Positions 19,239-29,176 of a stretch of DNA of 64,000 nt are shown here, piece by piece. Positions within the stretch are counted from its first letter, which is position 1. The number at the start of each line of letters is the position of its first letter. A program made the translations under genes and the position numbers. The DNA is from an uncultured Chloroflexia bacterium (GTDB lineage: Bacteria > Chloroflexota > Limnocylindria > Limnocylindrales > CSP1-4): the NCBI GenBank assembly GCA_963713975.1, contig OY970218.1, positions 2,784,001-2,848,000 on the forward strand. Direction: 5' to 3'. A model generated the notes under the pieces. It worked only from the letters and a program-made list of their open reading frames with translations. It did not search any database and had not been told where the DNA came from.

Positions 19239-20183
19239 ATGAACCCCGCCGGAGACGAGGATGGCAGCGTCGACCGGATGCGGCTGCTCGTCGAGCGGGT
19301 GGTCGCCCGAGTCGGAGGCCTTCCCGCGACCAGGACGCTCCTCGGTGTCCTTACGGCGTACGACGGAGCGGGCGGTGGACTGACGGCGGCGGGTCTCGCC
19401 TACACCTCGCTGATCGCCCTCTTGCCCGGGCTGCTCCTGATGGTCTCGATCTTCGGCCTGCTGATCGACGATCCGGGGACGCGTGAGCAGCTCGTGTCCG
19501 CGGTCGCCGAGGCGGTGCCGCCGCTGGAGGAGTTCGCGCGAGCGGCCTTCACGACGGTCAGCGCCGGCGCCGTGCCCGTCAGCATCATCGCGGTCATCGG
19601 CCTGCTCTGGGGCTCCAGCCGCTTCTACGCTGCGCTGGACTACGCGTTCACGCGAATCTTCCACGATGGCCGAAAGCGGAACGAGATCGAGCGGACGATC
19701 CGCGGTGTCCTCGTGACGTTCCTGCTGGTCGCGGTGCCGCTCGGGGCGCTGTTGTTGAGCGTCTTCACGAGCTGGCTTGCGACGGTGACGTCCGCAGGCA
19801 TCGCGAGCCTGTTCCTGCAGGTGCTGTCGCCCGTGGGATCATTCCTGCTATTCGTCGCGGGGACGGTCCTCGTGTACCGGTACGTGCCCGCCAAGCACGT
19901 CCCCTGGAAGGTACTGCTCGGGCCGGCGATTCTGGTCGGCGTGGCCCTGGCTGGCTTCGCGCAGCTGTACGCCGTGTTCGCCCCGTTGCTGACAAAGATG
20001 GCCGCCATCTATGGCACGTTCGTGGCCTTTTTCGCCATCCTCGCGTGGCTCGCCATCAGCTTCAACCTCCTGCTATTCGGGGCGTGCTGGACTCGCGTGC
20101 GGGAGCAGGCGGGTTCGGGCGAGGATCCGGGTGATGGCAACGCACCGGCTGCCACGTTGCCGGGGCCGACGGAAGGCGGGTAG
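19239..20183 (+). CDS. YihY/virulence factor BrkB family membrane protein
   Basis: AAGLAYTSLIALLPGLL, LLWGSS, VYRYVP, IYGTFVAFFAILAWL...LLFGA. Confidence 0.88.
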   Translation: MNPAGDEDGSVDRMRLLVERVVARVGGLPATRTLLGVLTAYDGAGGGLTAAGLAYTSLIALLPGLLLMVSIFGLLIDDPGTREQLVSAVAEAVPPLEEFARAAFTTVSAGAVPVSIIAVIGLLWGSSRFYAALDYAFTRIFHDGRKRNEIERTIRGVLVTFLLVAVPLGALLLSVFTSWLATVTSAGIASLFLQVLSPVGSFLLFVAGTVLVYRYVPAKHVPWKVLLGPAILVGVALAGFAQLYAVFAPLLTKMAAIYGTFVAFFAILAWLAISFNLLLFGACWTRVREQAGSGEDPGDGNAPAATLPGPTEGG

Positions 20184-20187
20184 GCGG

Positions 20188-21804
20188 TCAGCCCTGGCGG
20201 GTGCCACACCGGCGGCAGAACCGGGCGCTGGCCGACAGCGACAGGCCGCAGCTCACGCACGGCTGTGGCGTGGGTGGCGGGGCGACCTGGGCCTGTGCGG
20301 GCCGGGTGTCGCCACTGAGGACCTCGCGGGCCGACGCGGCCCATACGGATGCGGCGTCATCTCTCGGGATCAGCTGGCGACCGGCGAGCGTCGTCGGGAC
20401 GTCACGCTGGCTGGCATGCCTGTTCCACAGTGGGGCCGCCGGCCACTGCGGAGCCGCACCTTCGTCGGGCGCAACGGTGAGCCACGGGCTGGCAACGGGC
20501 TCGGGCGTCGGTTGGACGGGAGGCGTCGTGGGTGGCGGCGGCGGAGCGGGAGGTGCCGGCCAGGTGGGCTGCGGGACGACGTCCTCGCGCGGCACCTCGG
20601 CTGCAGCGACGGGCTCGGGCTCCGGCTCGGCGACCAGTTCGGCCGCGACGGGCTCGGGCTCCGGCTCGGCGACCAGTTCGGCCGCGACGGGCTCGGGCTC
20701 CGGCTCGGCGACCAGTTCGGCCGCGACGGGCTCGGGCTCCGGCTCGGCGACCAGTTCGGCCGCGACGGGCTCGGGCTCCGGCTCGGCGACCAGTTCGGCC
20801 GCGACGGGCTCGGGCTCCGGCTCGGCGACCAGTTCGGCCGCGACGGGCTCGGGCTCCGGCTCGGCGACCAGTTCGGCCGCGACGGGCTCGGGCTCCGGCT
20901 CGGCGACCAGTTCGGCCGCGACGGGCTCGGGCTCCGGCTCGGCGACCAGTTCGGCCGCGACGGGCTCGGGCTCCGGCTCGGCGACCAGTTCGGCCGCGAC
21001 GGGCTCGGGCTCCGGCTCGGCGACCAGTTCGGCCGCGACGGGCTCGGGCTCCGGCTCGGCGACCAGTTCGGCCGCGACGGGCTCGACCGCGGCGGCGTCC
21101 TCGCGCGGCACCTCGGCTGCAGCGACCGGCTCGGGCTCGGGCTCGGCGACCAGTTCGGCAGCGACGGGCTCGGGCTCGGGCTCGGCGACCAGTTCGGCCG
21201 CGACGGGCTCGGGCTCGGGCGTCTCATCGGCGGCAACCTGGGCCTCGTAGGCTGCAAGCGCGTCCTCGAGCGATTGCCCCGGTGCAACCCCGCGGACGCC
21301 AGCCGCGGACGCCGGCTCGGCATCGATCACGGCGGCGGTGCCCAGGGCCCGCGCCAGGCGCTCGGGTCCGAGATCGGCCTCGGGCCAGGCCCCGGCCTCG
21401 ATGGCGGCAAGCACCTGCTCGTCGGGTGCGGCGTCATCGACAACGTCGACCGCCTCCGGTGCCGCCAGGTTGGCAGGCGCGAGGTCCGGCAGTGGTGAGC
21501 AGGTCAGGCAACGACCGTCCGGGGTGTTCCAGCAGTTCCCGCACGTGTACTGGCGACAGGTCAGGCAGAAGTTGAAGGTCTTGTGGAACGCGTCGAGCTG
21601 ATGCGAGGTGGCGCTGCGCTCCACCTCACTGCGCGCGTCGGCCATGGCCTCCGAGAGGCTGCTCTCGTCAGTCATGACGAAGTTGCGCAGGCCCTTCGAC
21701 ATGACGCGGACACGACCGATCCGCGACCGCTTTGGTGCGGCCGACTCGAAGGTGTATCGGGTACCGCACCGTTCGCAGAACGACTCGGTGAGGATCTCCG
21801 TCAT
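20188..21804 (-). CDS. Hypothetical protein: N-terminal Cys-rich zinc fingers, acidic 13-aa tandem repeat, Pro-rich segment, C-terminal zinc ribbon
   Basis: ATG 21804 with upstream TATACT; [20 protein letters not shown]...RCLTC, repeated [18 protein letters not shown]...FCRRCG. Confidence 0.78.
   Translation of the reverse strand: MTEILTESFCERCGTRYTFESAAPKRSRIGRVRVMSKGLRNFVMTDESSLSEAMADARSEVERSATSHQLDAFHKTFNFCLTCRQYTCGNCWNTPDGRCLTCSPLPDLAPANLAAPEAVDVVDDAAPDEQVLAAIEAGAWPEADLGPERLARALGTAAVIDAEPASAAGVRGVAPGQSLEDALAAYEAQVAADETPEPEPVAAELVAEPEPEPVAAELVAEPEPEPVAAAEVPREDAAAVEPVAAELVAEPEPEPVAAELVAEPEPEPVAAELVAEPEPEPVAAELVAEPEPEPVAAELVAEPEPEPVAAELVAEPEPEPVAAELVAEPEPEPVAAELVAEPEPEPVAAELVAEPEPEPVAAELVAEPEPEPVAAELVAEPEPEPVAAELVAEPEPEPVAAAEVPREDVVPQPTWPAPPAPPPPPTTPPVQPTPEPVASPWLTVAPDEGAAPQWPAAPLWNRHASQRDVPTTLAGRQLIPRDDAASVWAASAREVLSGDTRPAQAQVAPPPTPQPCVSCGLSLSASARFCRRCGTRQG
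20606..21085. repeat. Perfect 39-bp tandem repeat, 12 full copies plus a partial copy, coding on the minus strand
   Basis: Unit GCGACGGGCTCGGGCTCCGGCTCGGCGACCAGTTCGGCC starts at 20606 and recurs every 39 nt to 21074; two more slightly diverged copies lie at about 21122-21220. Confidence 0.97.
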
Positions 21805-21964
21805 CGGGCTCCCGGTGGACAAGGCTTGACTCCCGGCACCTGCCGGGCGGGCCCAGAGTATAGGTCTCGAGTGAAGGCAGGGCTCGCACCGAGGTACCGC
21901 GTCCCTGCGCCGTTGGTCCCGCCCGCAGGGTCGGCGGGCCTCCTCTGGTACGGTTCGCCGAGCC

Positions 21965-22921
21965 ATGGCTGTGCTTGCCGACCTGGAACGGACCCTCGAA
22001 CGCCTCTTCGAACGCTCGACTGCTCGGCTGTTCCGGGCCCGTCTCCAGCCCGTCCAGATCGAGCACCGCGTCGAGCGATCGATGGAGCGTGCCCGCGCCT
22101 CACGTGGGGGCCGGACCCTCGTGCCCGCCCGCTACCGGGTCCGGCTTCACCCTGCGGACATGGACGATGTCGTGGACCGGTCGGAGGGACCGGAGGCGCT
22201 CGCCGGACGCCTGGCCGATGCCGCGCTCGCCTTTGCTCGCGGTCATGACTACCAATTGCCGTCACGCCCCATCGTCTTCCTCGTGGCGGACCCGTCCCTC
22301 CAGCGTGGCGTGGTCGAGGTCGATGCGGTCGTGACCGAGATCGCCGCACCTGCGCCGCTGGTTCCGGACATGCCGGTCGTGCCTGCCCGGGGCGTGGCCG
22401 ACGGGGACGAGGCAGCCGGTGTGCCGGCGACAGGCGCGTCGCCCGTCGACCGCCCGGCCCTGAAGTTTGCGGGCGACGACCTGCTGCCCCAGCATGTGGA
22501 CGCGCCGCCCGAGCCTGCAGTCCTCGTGGCCGCGGTTGGCGCGCCTGTGGCATCCGGCGTCGGCAGTGGCATCCGCGGTGACGGCACCCAGACCCTCGTC
22601 TTCAGGCGTCCAGCTCCCCCGCCGACCCGAGCGGTGCTCCGGGTGACCGGGCGGGACGGCAAGGAGCGCGTGGTCCAGGTTGATGGCACGCCGATGACGG
22701 TCGGGCGCGCGACGGACAATGCCCTCGTGCTCGCCGACTCCCGTGTGTCACGGCACCACGCGCGCGTCCAGGCCCGGCGCGGGACGCTCGTGCTCACGGA
22801 TCTGGGGAGCACCAACGGCAGCCGCGTCAACGGCGTTCGGGTGGACGAGTGCGCGCTGGGAACCGGCGACCGGATCCTGGTGGGCGACACGGTCCTGCTG
22901 GTCGAACAGCTCCCGGGCTGA
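21965..22921 (+). CDS. fhaA: FhaA-like protein (DUF3662 plus FHA domain)
   Basis: [10 protein letters not shown]...LQPVQI...[11 protein letters not shown] (DUF3662); FHA motifs [21 protein letters not shown]. Confidence 0.88.
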   Translation: MAVLADLERTLERLFERSTARLFRARLQPVQIEHRVERSMERARASRGGRTLVPARYRVRLHPADMDDVVDRSEGPEALAGRLADAALAFARGHDYQLPSRPIVFLVADPSLQRGVVEVDAVVTEIAAPAPLVPDMPVVPARGVADGDEAAGVPATGASPVDRPALKFAGDDLLPQHVDAPPEPAVLVAAVGAPVASGVGSGIRGDGTQTLVFRRPAPPPTRAVLRVTGRDGKERVVQVDGTPMTVGRATDNALVLADSRVSRHHARVQARRGTLVLTDLGSTNGSRVNGVRVDECALGTGDRILVGDTVLLVEQLPG

Positions 22922-22924
22922 CGC

Positions 22925-23359
22925 ATGGATGGCTTCACGCTCACGCTATGGATCGGCCGGATCCTGTTCCTCGCGCTGCTCTACGTCTTCCTGTACGCGG
23001 TCGTCCGGGTGCTGCTGCGCGACCTGCGTGCTGCCTCACGCGGCCCGGCCGAGCTGGGGAGACTCGTGGTGCTCTCCTCGCCCCGCGGAGAGCCGCAGCC
23101 CGGCGCCTCGTATCCGCTCGATGCGGTGACGAGCCTGGGTCGCGACGTCAACAACGGGATCGTGCTCGACGACCCGTTCGCATCCACGGAGCACGCGGTG
23201 CTGACCTACCGCGGGCGCAACTGGTATCTCGAGGACCTCGCCAGCACCAACGGCACGTACGTCAACGGTGTCCCGGTCGGGGGTCTTGCCCCCCTCGGCT
23301 TCGGTGACGAGATCCAGGTGGGGGAGATCCGGTTCCGGCTGGATCGAGGCCGGGCATGA
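22925..23359 (+). CDS. fhaB: Membrane-anchored FHA domain protein (FhaB/FipA-like)
   Basis: N-terminal TM (RILFLALLYVFL...RDL), LGRD, STEHA, DLASTNGT. Confidence 0.85.
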   Translation: MDGFTLTLWIGRILFLALLYVFLYAVVRVLLRDLRAASRGPAELGRLVVLSSPRGEPQPGASYPLDAVTSLGRDVNNGIVLDDPFASTEHAVLTYRGRNWYLEDLASTNGTYVNGVPVGGLAPLGFGDEIQVGEIRFRLDRGRA

Positions 23360-24807
23360 GCGCCGTCGCCCAGGCACGCCCCGCCCTGCGTCTTCTCATC
23401 CGGCCGCGCCCCCGCCAGACCGAGCTCATGCTGCTCGTGATCGTCGCGATCGCGCTGCTGGTCGGAGGAGCCTCGCTGGGAGCCACGCAGCGTTTGCGCG
23501 CCGCGACAGAGGCCGGCCAGACGGCGACATCGCTCGACTTCATGCCCCCCGACTCGCAGGGCCTCCTCGTCTACCTGGTGCTGCTGCTGCTGGTCCATGG
23601 CGCGTTCGTGCTGGCGGGCCGGCGAACGGACCAGATCCTGCTGCCCGCGGTCGCGATGCTCGGCGGGATCGGCCTGCTCCTGATGCAGCGGCTGCCGCAG
23701 GGCCTGGTGACGCAGGCGTACGGGTCGTCGGAGCTCGGTCTCGGCCAGCTCCAGCTTGCGTGGCTGATGATCTCGATGACGGTCGTCACGATCCTCGCGC
23801 TCGCCGTCCGATCGGATGCATGGCTCCGGACGTACAAGTACACCTGGGCGGCAGCCGGCATCGGGCTGCTGCTGTTGACCTTCGTGTTCGGGTCCGACGT
23901 CAACGGGGCCAGGCTCACGCTGTCGATCGGGCCGCTCTCGGGTCAGCCTTCGGAGCTGCTCAAGGTGATCCTCGTGGTGTTCCTGGCTGGGTACCTTTCG
24001 GAGAACCGGGCGCTGCTGGCGGACGAGAGCACGCGGATCGGTCCCCTGCGCCTGCCGCCACTGCCGTACCTGGCGCCGATGGTGGCGATGTGGGCGATCG
24101 CCCTCGGGATCGTGGTGGTCCAGCGGGACCTGGGGGCCGCCCTGCTGTTCTTCGCCGTGTTCCTCGCACTGCTCTACGTGGCCACCGGTCGCCCGAGCTA
24201 CGTGCTGGGCGGGCTCCTGCTGTTCGTCGTGGGATCGTGGGTCCTGTACAACCTCTTCGGCCACGTCCAGGCGCGTGTCGACAACTGGCTGGATCCGTGG
24301 CGGGACCCGCTCGGATCCGGGTTCCAGGTCGTCCAGGCGCTCTATGCGTTCGGGCGCGGCGGGATGCTGGGCGTCGGTCTTGGTGCGGGCCTTCCCACCA
24401 TCGGCGGACGCCTCCCGATCCCGGCCGTGCACACGGACTATCCCCTGGCTGCCTTGGGCGAAGAGCTGGGGCTGGCAGGACTGCTGGCGATCCTGGGGTT
24501 GTACGTCGTGGTGGTGTCGCGCGGGCTTCGGATCGCCGCCGCGGCACATGACGACTTCCGGGCCCTGCTGGCAGCCGGGCTGGCGCTCGTGATCGGGGTG
24601 CAGGCGTTCATCATCGCGGCGGGGAACCTGAAGCTGATCCCGCTCACCGGCATCACGTTGCCGTTCATCTCCTACGGCGGCTCGTCGCTGCTTGCCAACG
24701 CCGTCGTCGTGGGACTGCTGCTCGCCCTCTCCGATCCCGGGGCCGGGCCTCCCGCCGCGCCGCGGGATCGCCGGCGCGGGTTCCGACTGCGCAGGCGCGC
24801 CGCATGA
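23356..24807 (+). CDS. rodA: SEDS family peptidoglycan glycosyltransferase (RodA/FtsW)
   Basis: QPSELLK, QRDLGAA, HTDY, EELG, PLTGITLPFISYGGSS. Confidence 0.93.
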   Translation: MSAVAQARPALRLLIRPRPRQTELMLLVIVAIALLVGGASLGATQRLRAATEAGQTATSLDFMPPDSQGLLVYLVLLLLVHGAFVLAGRRTDQILLPAVAMLGGIGLLLMQRLPQGLVTQAYGSSELGLGQLQLAWLMISMTVVTILALAVRSDAWLRTYKYTWAAAGIGLLLLTFVFGSDVNGARLTLSIGPLSGQPSELLKVILVVFLAGYLSENRALLADESTRIGPLRLPPLPYLAPMVAMWAIALGIVVVQRDLGAALLFFAVFLALLYVATGRPSYVLGGLLLFVVGSWVLYNLFGHVQARVDNWLDPWRDPLGSGFQVVQALYAFGRGGMLGVGLGAGLPTIGGRLPIPAVHTDYPLAALGEELGLAGLLAILGLYVVVVSRGLRIAAAAHDDFRALLAAGLALVIGVQAFIIAAGNLKLIPLTGITLPFISYGGSSLLANAVVVGLLLALSDPGAGPPAAPRDRRRGFRLRRRAA

Positions 24808-26426
24808 GCGGCCTGCGCGGCCCGGACGACCTGCCCGCGTTGGACGACGTGCCCACGCCGGCGGACGAAGGCGTCGGGGACACTGTGACGCCGTCATCCC
24901 CGGGTCCGATCAGGAAGGTGACCCCCGTGGCGCCGCGTCGCTCGCGCTCGATCGGGTCGAACGTCTTCCGGACCGGGATTGCCGTGGTGTGCGGCTTCGC
25001 GATCCTGGCCGTCGGCGCCGGCTGGTGGCAGGTGGCCGAGGCCCAGAGGCTGTCCACCGCGCCCGACAACCCGGCAGTCATCGCCATCGCACGGCGGGCG
25101 GTTCGTGGGCCGATCATGGATCGCAACGGGCAGTGGCTGGCGCGCAGTGGCCGGGATGCCAACGGTGAGGCCACCCGCGAGTACCGCGACGACGACATCA
25201 GTCCCGTGGTGGGCTACGCCTCGCGGAAGTACGGCACGGCCGGTCTCGAGCGTGCCTACAACACGGAGCTCCTCGGCCTGTCGGGCGCCGGCACGATCGG
25301 TGACCTGATGGGCAAGTTCGGCGTCACGTCGGACGACCCGCTCGGCCTGCAGCTCTCGCTGGACCTCAGGCTCCAGCGAGCGGCAGTGCGCGGTCTGGGG
25401 TCGGACAAGGGCGCGGTCGTCATGCTCGACCCGGCCACCGGCGAGATCCTGGCCATGGCATCGACGCCGGTGTACGACGCCTCGGCGATCGCCGACCCGG
25501 CGACCGCGACCGCGACCTTCGAGCAGCTCCAGGCCGACGAGGACCGGCCCCTGCTGCCGCGCGCCACGCTGGGCCGCTACGTGCCTGGATCCGTGTTCAA
25601 GATCGTCACCGGCATCGCAGGCCTGAACACGGGCGCGGTGAACGCTTCGACGACCTTCGAGGAGCAGCCGCCGGCCGAGACGAAGGGCCTCCTGGTCGAG
25701 GGCTTCCGCGTCCGCGATGGCCACCATCCCGAGACCGGTTCGACGGCGCTCGACCTGGCGGCTGCGACGGAGGTCAGCTGCAACATCTGGTATGCGCTGA
25801 CCGGACTCGCGACCGGCGGCGATCGCCTGGTCGACCAGGCGGCGCGGCTCGGCTTCGGGGCTTCCATCCCGTTCGACCTGCCGACGGCGATCAGCCAGGT
25901 GACCTCCGGCAACGGCCAGGCGCCCGGCGGGTTCACCGACGACGCAGAGCTGGCATCGGCGTCCTTCGGGCAGGGCGAGACGTTCGTGACCCCGCTCCAG
26001 ATGGCCCTCGTGGCGGCGACGGTCGCGAACGACGGCGTGCTCATGAAGCCCCATGTGGTCACGGGCCTGACCGGCGATGGGCCCGGGGCCCGGACGATCG
26101 CACCCGAGACCTGGCGGCGGGTCCTGGGCGACGACGACGCCCGCACGCTCCAGGCCGCGATGCAGCAGGCGGTGGAGGGGGATCTCGGCCGCCAGTTCAC
26201 CGCGGGCGCCAAGGTCGCAGGCGTTCCGACCGCCGGCAAGTCGGGCACAGCCGAACTGGGCGGCAAGGGCGAGCCCCACTCCTGGTTCATCGGCTTCGCA
26301 CCTGTCGAGAATCCGACGGTCGCGATCGCCGTCCTCGTCGAGCGGGGCGGCCGCGGAGGCGAGCGGGCGGCCCCGCTGGCGGGCGACCTGATGGAGCGGT
26401 ACTTCGAGCTGTACGGGGCGCCGTGA
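24804..26426 (+). CDS. pbpA: Class B penicillin-binding protein (PbpA-like)
   Basis: TM anchor, RGPIMDRNG, SxxK (PGSVFK), SxN (SCN), KSG; ATGA overlap with rodA. Confidence 0.92.
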   Translation: MSGLRGPDDLPALDDVPTPADEGVGDTVTPSSPGPIRKVTPVAPRRSRSIGSNVFRTGIAVVCGFAILAVGAGWWQVAEAQRLSTAPDNPAVIAIARRAVRGPIMDRNGQWLARSGRDANGEATREYRDDDISPVVGYASRKYGTAGLERAYNTELLGLSGAGTIGDLMGKFGVTSDDPLGLQLSLDLRLQRAAVRGLGSDKGAVVMLDPATGEILAMASTPVYDASAIADPATATATFEQLQADEDRPLLPRATLGRYVPGSVFKIVTGIAGLNTGAVNASTTFEEQPPAETKGLLVEGFRVRDGHHPETGSTALDLAAATEVSCNIWYALTGLATGGDRLVDQAARLGFGASIPFDLPTAISQVTSGNGQAPGGFTDDAELASASFGQGETFVTPLQMALVAATVANDGVLMKPHVVTGLTGDGPGARTIAPETWRRVLGDDDARTLQAAMQQAVEGDLGRQFTAGAKVAGVPTAGKSGTAELGGKGEPHSWFIGFAPVENPTVAIAVLVERGGRGGERAAPLAGDLMERYFELYGAP

Positions 26427-26474
26427 CCAGGGCCGGGTACGGCCAGGATCGACCAGGGGGTACGCTGCGCCACG

Positions 26475-26780
26475 ATGACCGACTCCAGCCGAGGACCCGC
26501 GACGCCCGCATCAGCTCCGCCGGCCGGCCCGGGCGCCCCCGCCCAGGAGCCAGCCCCCGTCCCGGAGCCCGCAGCTGCGACCACGACACCGCCGACGCGT
26601 CCGCGGCCGATGATCGAACGGATCGGGATGGCCGCGATCGCGCTCGTGGTCGGGGCACTGTTCGCCATCGTCTCGGCGGCGGCGTTCATCGGCGGCGAGC
26701 CGTTCCTCGGCGTGATGGGCGCGATGGGCCTCGTGATGGTCCTCTGGGTCGGAGGCATGACTCTGTTCAAGGGCCGCTAG
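26475..26780 (+). CDS. Small membrane protein (Pro-rich N-terminus, two TM helices)
   Basis: TACGCT 8 nt before ATG; two hydrophobic segments at the C-terminus. Confidence 0.7.
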   Translation: MTDSSRGPATPASAPPAGPGAPAQEPAPVPEPAAATTTPPTRPRPMIERIGMAAIALVVGALFAIVSAAAFIGGEPFLGVMGAMGLVMVLWVGGMTLFKGR

Positions 26781-26964
26781 CCCAACGGACGGGACCGACC
26801 GGCAGGGCCGGCGAGAACCTCTTTGACGGAGCGGTCGTACACTGGATCGAGCGGCATGACGTCGCCGCGTCCCGAGTCCCGTATGCGACGTCACCTGCGG
26901 CCCGCTCCCGGCGTCAGTCGGGCATGGCACGGCGCGGCCCCAACCGCATGACGACGGGAGTCCG

Positions 26965-27948
26965 ATGAGCAGCATCCAGCAGGTTGGCGACAAGGTCCTG
27001 GCAAACGTCGAGCGCGTCATCGTGGGCAAGCACCACGAGGTCCGCCTGGCGCTCGTCGCGCTCATGTGCCGGGGTCACCTCCTGATCGAGGACGTGCCCG
27101 GCACCGGCAAGACGGTTCTGGCCAAGGCGATCGCCCGCAGCCTGGGCTGCACCTTCCGGCGCATCCAGTTCACCCCTGATCTCCTGCCGTCGGACGTGAC
27201 CGGCCTGTCGATCTACAACCAGAAGACGCAGGAGTTCGAGTTCCGGCCGGGCCCGATCATGAGCCAGGTGGTCCTCGCGGACGAGATCAACCGCGCGACG
27301 CCCAAGACGCAGTCCAGCCTCCTCGAGTGCATGGAGGAACGGCAGGCGACCATCGATGGCGTCACCCACCCGATGCCGGACCCGTTCCTCGTGATCGCCA
27401 CGCAGAACCCGATCGAGTATGAGGGGACGTTCGCGCTCCCCGAGGCGCAGCTCGACCGGTTCATGCTCCGGATCCGTCTGGGATACCCGGCCCTGCTCGA
27501 CGAGGTGCTCATCCTCGACGAGCAGAAGCGGACCCACCCCATCGACGACCTCGCCGAGGTCTGTTCCGTGGACGAGCTGCGCGAGCTGCAGGCCGGGGTG
27601 CGCGAGATCTACGTCGACCCCGCCGTCAGCGATTACATCGTCCGCCTGGTGGCCTCCACGAGGTCCCACCCTGACGTCTACCTGGGCGCCAGCCCGCGCG
27701 GCTCGATCGCCCTGTATCGCTCCTCCCAGGCGCTTGCCGGGCTCCTCGGCCGCGACTACGTGATCCCCGACGACGTGAAGTCGCTCGCGGAGCCGGCGCT
27801 GGCCCACCGCGTGATCGTCAAGACGAGCTCGTCCATCCACGACGTCTCCTCGGGCCACGTCGTCCGCGAGCTGGTCGGGTCGACGCCGATCGAGGCCGCC
27901 CGCCAGGCCGGCGGCCCTCGCGAGGTCAGCCCCGGCCGCGCCGGTTGA
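26965..27948 (+). CDS. moxR: MoxR family AAA+ ATPase
   Basis: [61 protein letters not shown]. Confidence 0.96.
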   Translation: MSSIQQVGDKVLANVERVIVGKHHEVRLALVALMCRGHLLIEDVPGTGKTVLAKAIARSLGCTFRRIQFTPDLLPSDVTGLSIYNQKTQEFEFRPGPIMSQVVLADEINRATPKTQSSLLECMEERQATIDGVTHPMPDPFLVIATQNPIEYEGTFALPEAQLDRFMLRIRLGYPALLDEVLILDEQKRTHPIDDLAEVCSVDELRELQAGVREIYVDPAVSDYIVRLVASTRSHPDVYLGASPRGSIALYRSSQALAGLLGRDYVIPDDVKSLAEPALAHRVIVKTSSSIHDVSSGHVVRELVGSTPIEAARQAGGPREVSPGRAG

Positions 27949-27961
27949 CGGGTCGATCGCG

Positions 27962-29176
27962 ATGATCCGTCGCCTCCAGGTGCTCGTCATCGCCGGCATC
28001 CTGGTCGTCGCGGCCTTCTCGACCGGGTGGGACTTCCTGTTCTTCCTGATCTACGTCGGGCTGCTGGTGGGCGGAGGCAGCTACGTCCTGACCCGGCTCG
28101 GGCTTGCGGATCTCGAGGCCGGATACGCCGTGAGCCAGTTGACCGCCCACGTCGGCGACCGGCTGCGGGTGACCTACACACTGCGCAACACCGGCCGCAT
28201 CCCCAAGCCATGGCTTGAGGTCCACAACCCCACGACGCTGCCGGGCGGCCTGCCCGGGCGCGCGCTTTCCCTGGGCAGTCGCCAGGAGCGCTCATGGCTC
28301 GTTCGCGCGGTGCTGGATCGTCGCGGCCACTATCGCGTCGAGCCGCTGCAGATCAGGACCGGCGACCCCTTCGGCTTCTTCGAGGCAGCGGCCGTGGTGG
28401 GGCAGGGGATCACCCTCGTGGTCTATCCGACCGTCGAGCCGCTGCCACTGTGGCGCCTGCCCCCGGCCAGCATCGAGGGCGCCCACGCGTCCCCTGAGCG
28501 GACCCTGCAGACCACGCCGCTGGCGACGACGGTGCGTCCCTACGAGCCGGGCGACTCGATGAACCGGATCCACTGGCGCAAGACGGCGCACCTCGGGGAG
28601 ATCCAGGTCAAGGAGTTCGACCTGGAGCAGACGGCCGACGCGTGGATCTTCCTGGACCTCGACGCGGCGTTCGAGGCCGGCATCGGGGGCGATTCGACGA
28701 CAGAGGTGGCCGTACGCGCGGCGGCGTCCATCGCGGACAAGGCGCTGGGCGAGAACCGGGCGGTGGGGATGACGGCCAACGGCCACCGCCTGACGGTCCT
28801 CCCGGCGGACCGCGGCCCCCGCCAGCGCCTCAAGATCCTGCAGCTCCTCGCGGCGGTGGAGGCGGACGGCACCACGCCGCTCGACGAAGCGTTGCTGACC
28901 AGCCTGGGCCGCCTGCGGCGAGGCATGACGGCGATCGTCATCACGGCGACCACGGACCCGTCATTCGTCCGGCCACTGGCTGCCCTGAAGGGCCGGGGGA
29001 TCACCACCGTTGTCGTCGCCCTGGATGTCGCCGCCTATGAGCCGGCCGAGGATCCTGCCGAGGCGGATCTCCAGCGCCAGCATGCCCGGGCGCTGCGCCA
29101 CGCCCTCGCGGAGTATCAGCTGGCCGCGTTCTCGATCGCCCCCCGGCAGCCGCTCGCAGAAGCCCTGGCACGATGA
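27962..29176 (+). CDS. DUF58 domain protein
   Basis: DPFGFF, VRPYEPGDSMNRIHWRKTA, VKEF; follows moxR. Confidence 0.9.
   Translation: MIRRLQVLVIAGILVVAAFSTGWDFLFFLIYVGLLVGGGSYVLTRLGLADLEAGYAVSQLTAHVGDRLRVTYTLRNTGRIPKPWLEVHNPTTLPGGLPGRALSLGSRQERSWLVRAVLDRRGHYRVEPLQIRTGDPFGFFEAAAVVGQGITLVVYPTVEPLPLWRLPPASIEGAHASPERTLQTTPLATTVRPYEPGDSMNRIHWRKTAHLGEIQVKEFDLEQTADAWIFLDLDAAFEAGIGGDSTTEVAVRAAASIADKALGENRAVGMTANGHRLTVLPADRGPRQRLKILQLLAAVEADGTTPLDEALLTSLGRLRRGMTAIVITATTDPSFVRPLAALKGRGITTVVVALDVAAYEPAEDPAEADLQRQHARALRHALAEYQLAAFSIAPRQPLAEALAR

Noticed and set aside
20606-21220. Possible CRISPR array (regular 39-bp periodicity)
   Set aside because: Units are head-to-tail with no unique spacers, the length is a multiple of 3 inside a coding frame, and no cas genes are present.
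20011-21575. Long ORFs in other frames over the repeat (495, 349, 347 and 317 aa)
   Set aside because: The repeat unit has no stops in these frames; only the minus-strand frame ending at 20188 has sensible zinc-finger domains on both sides.
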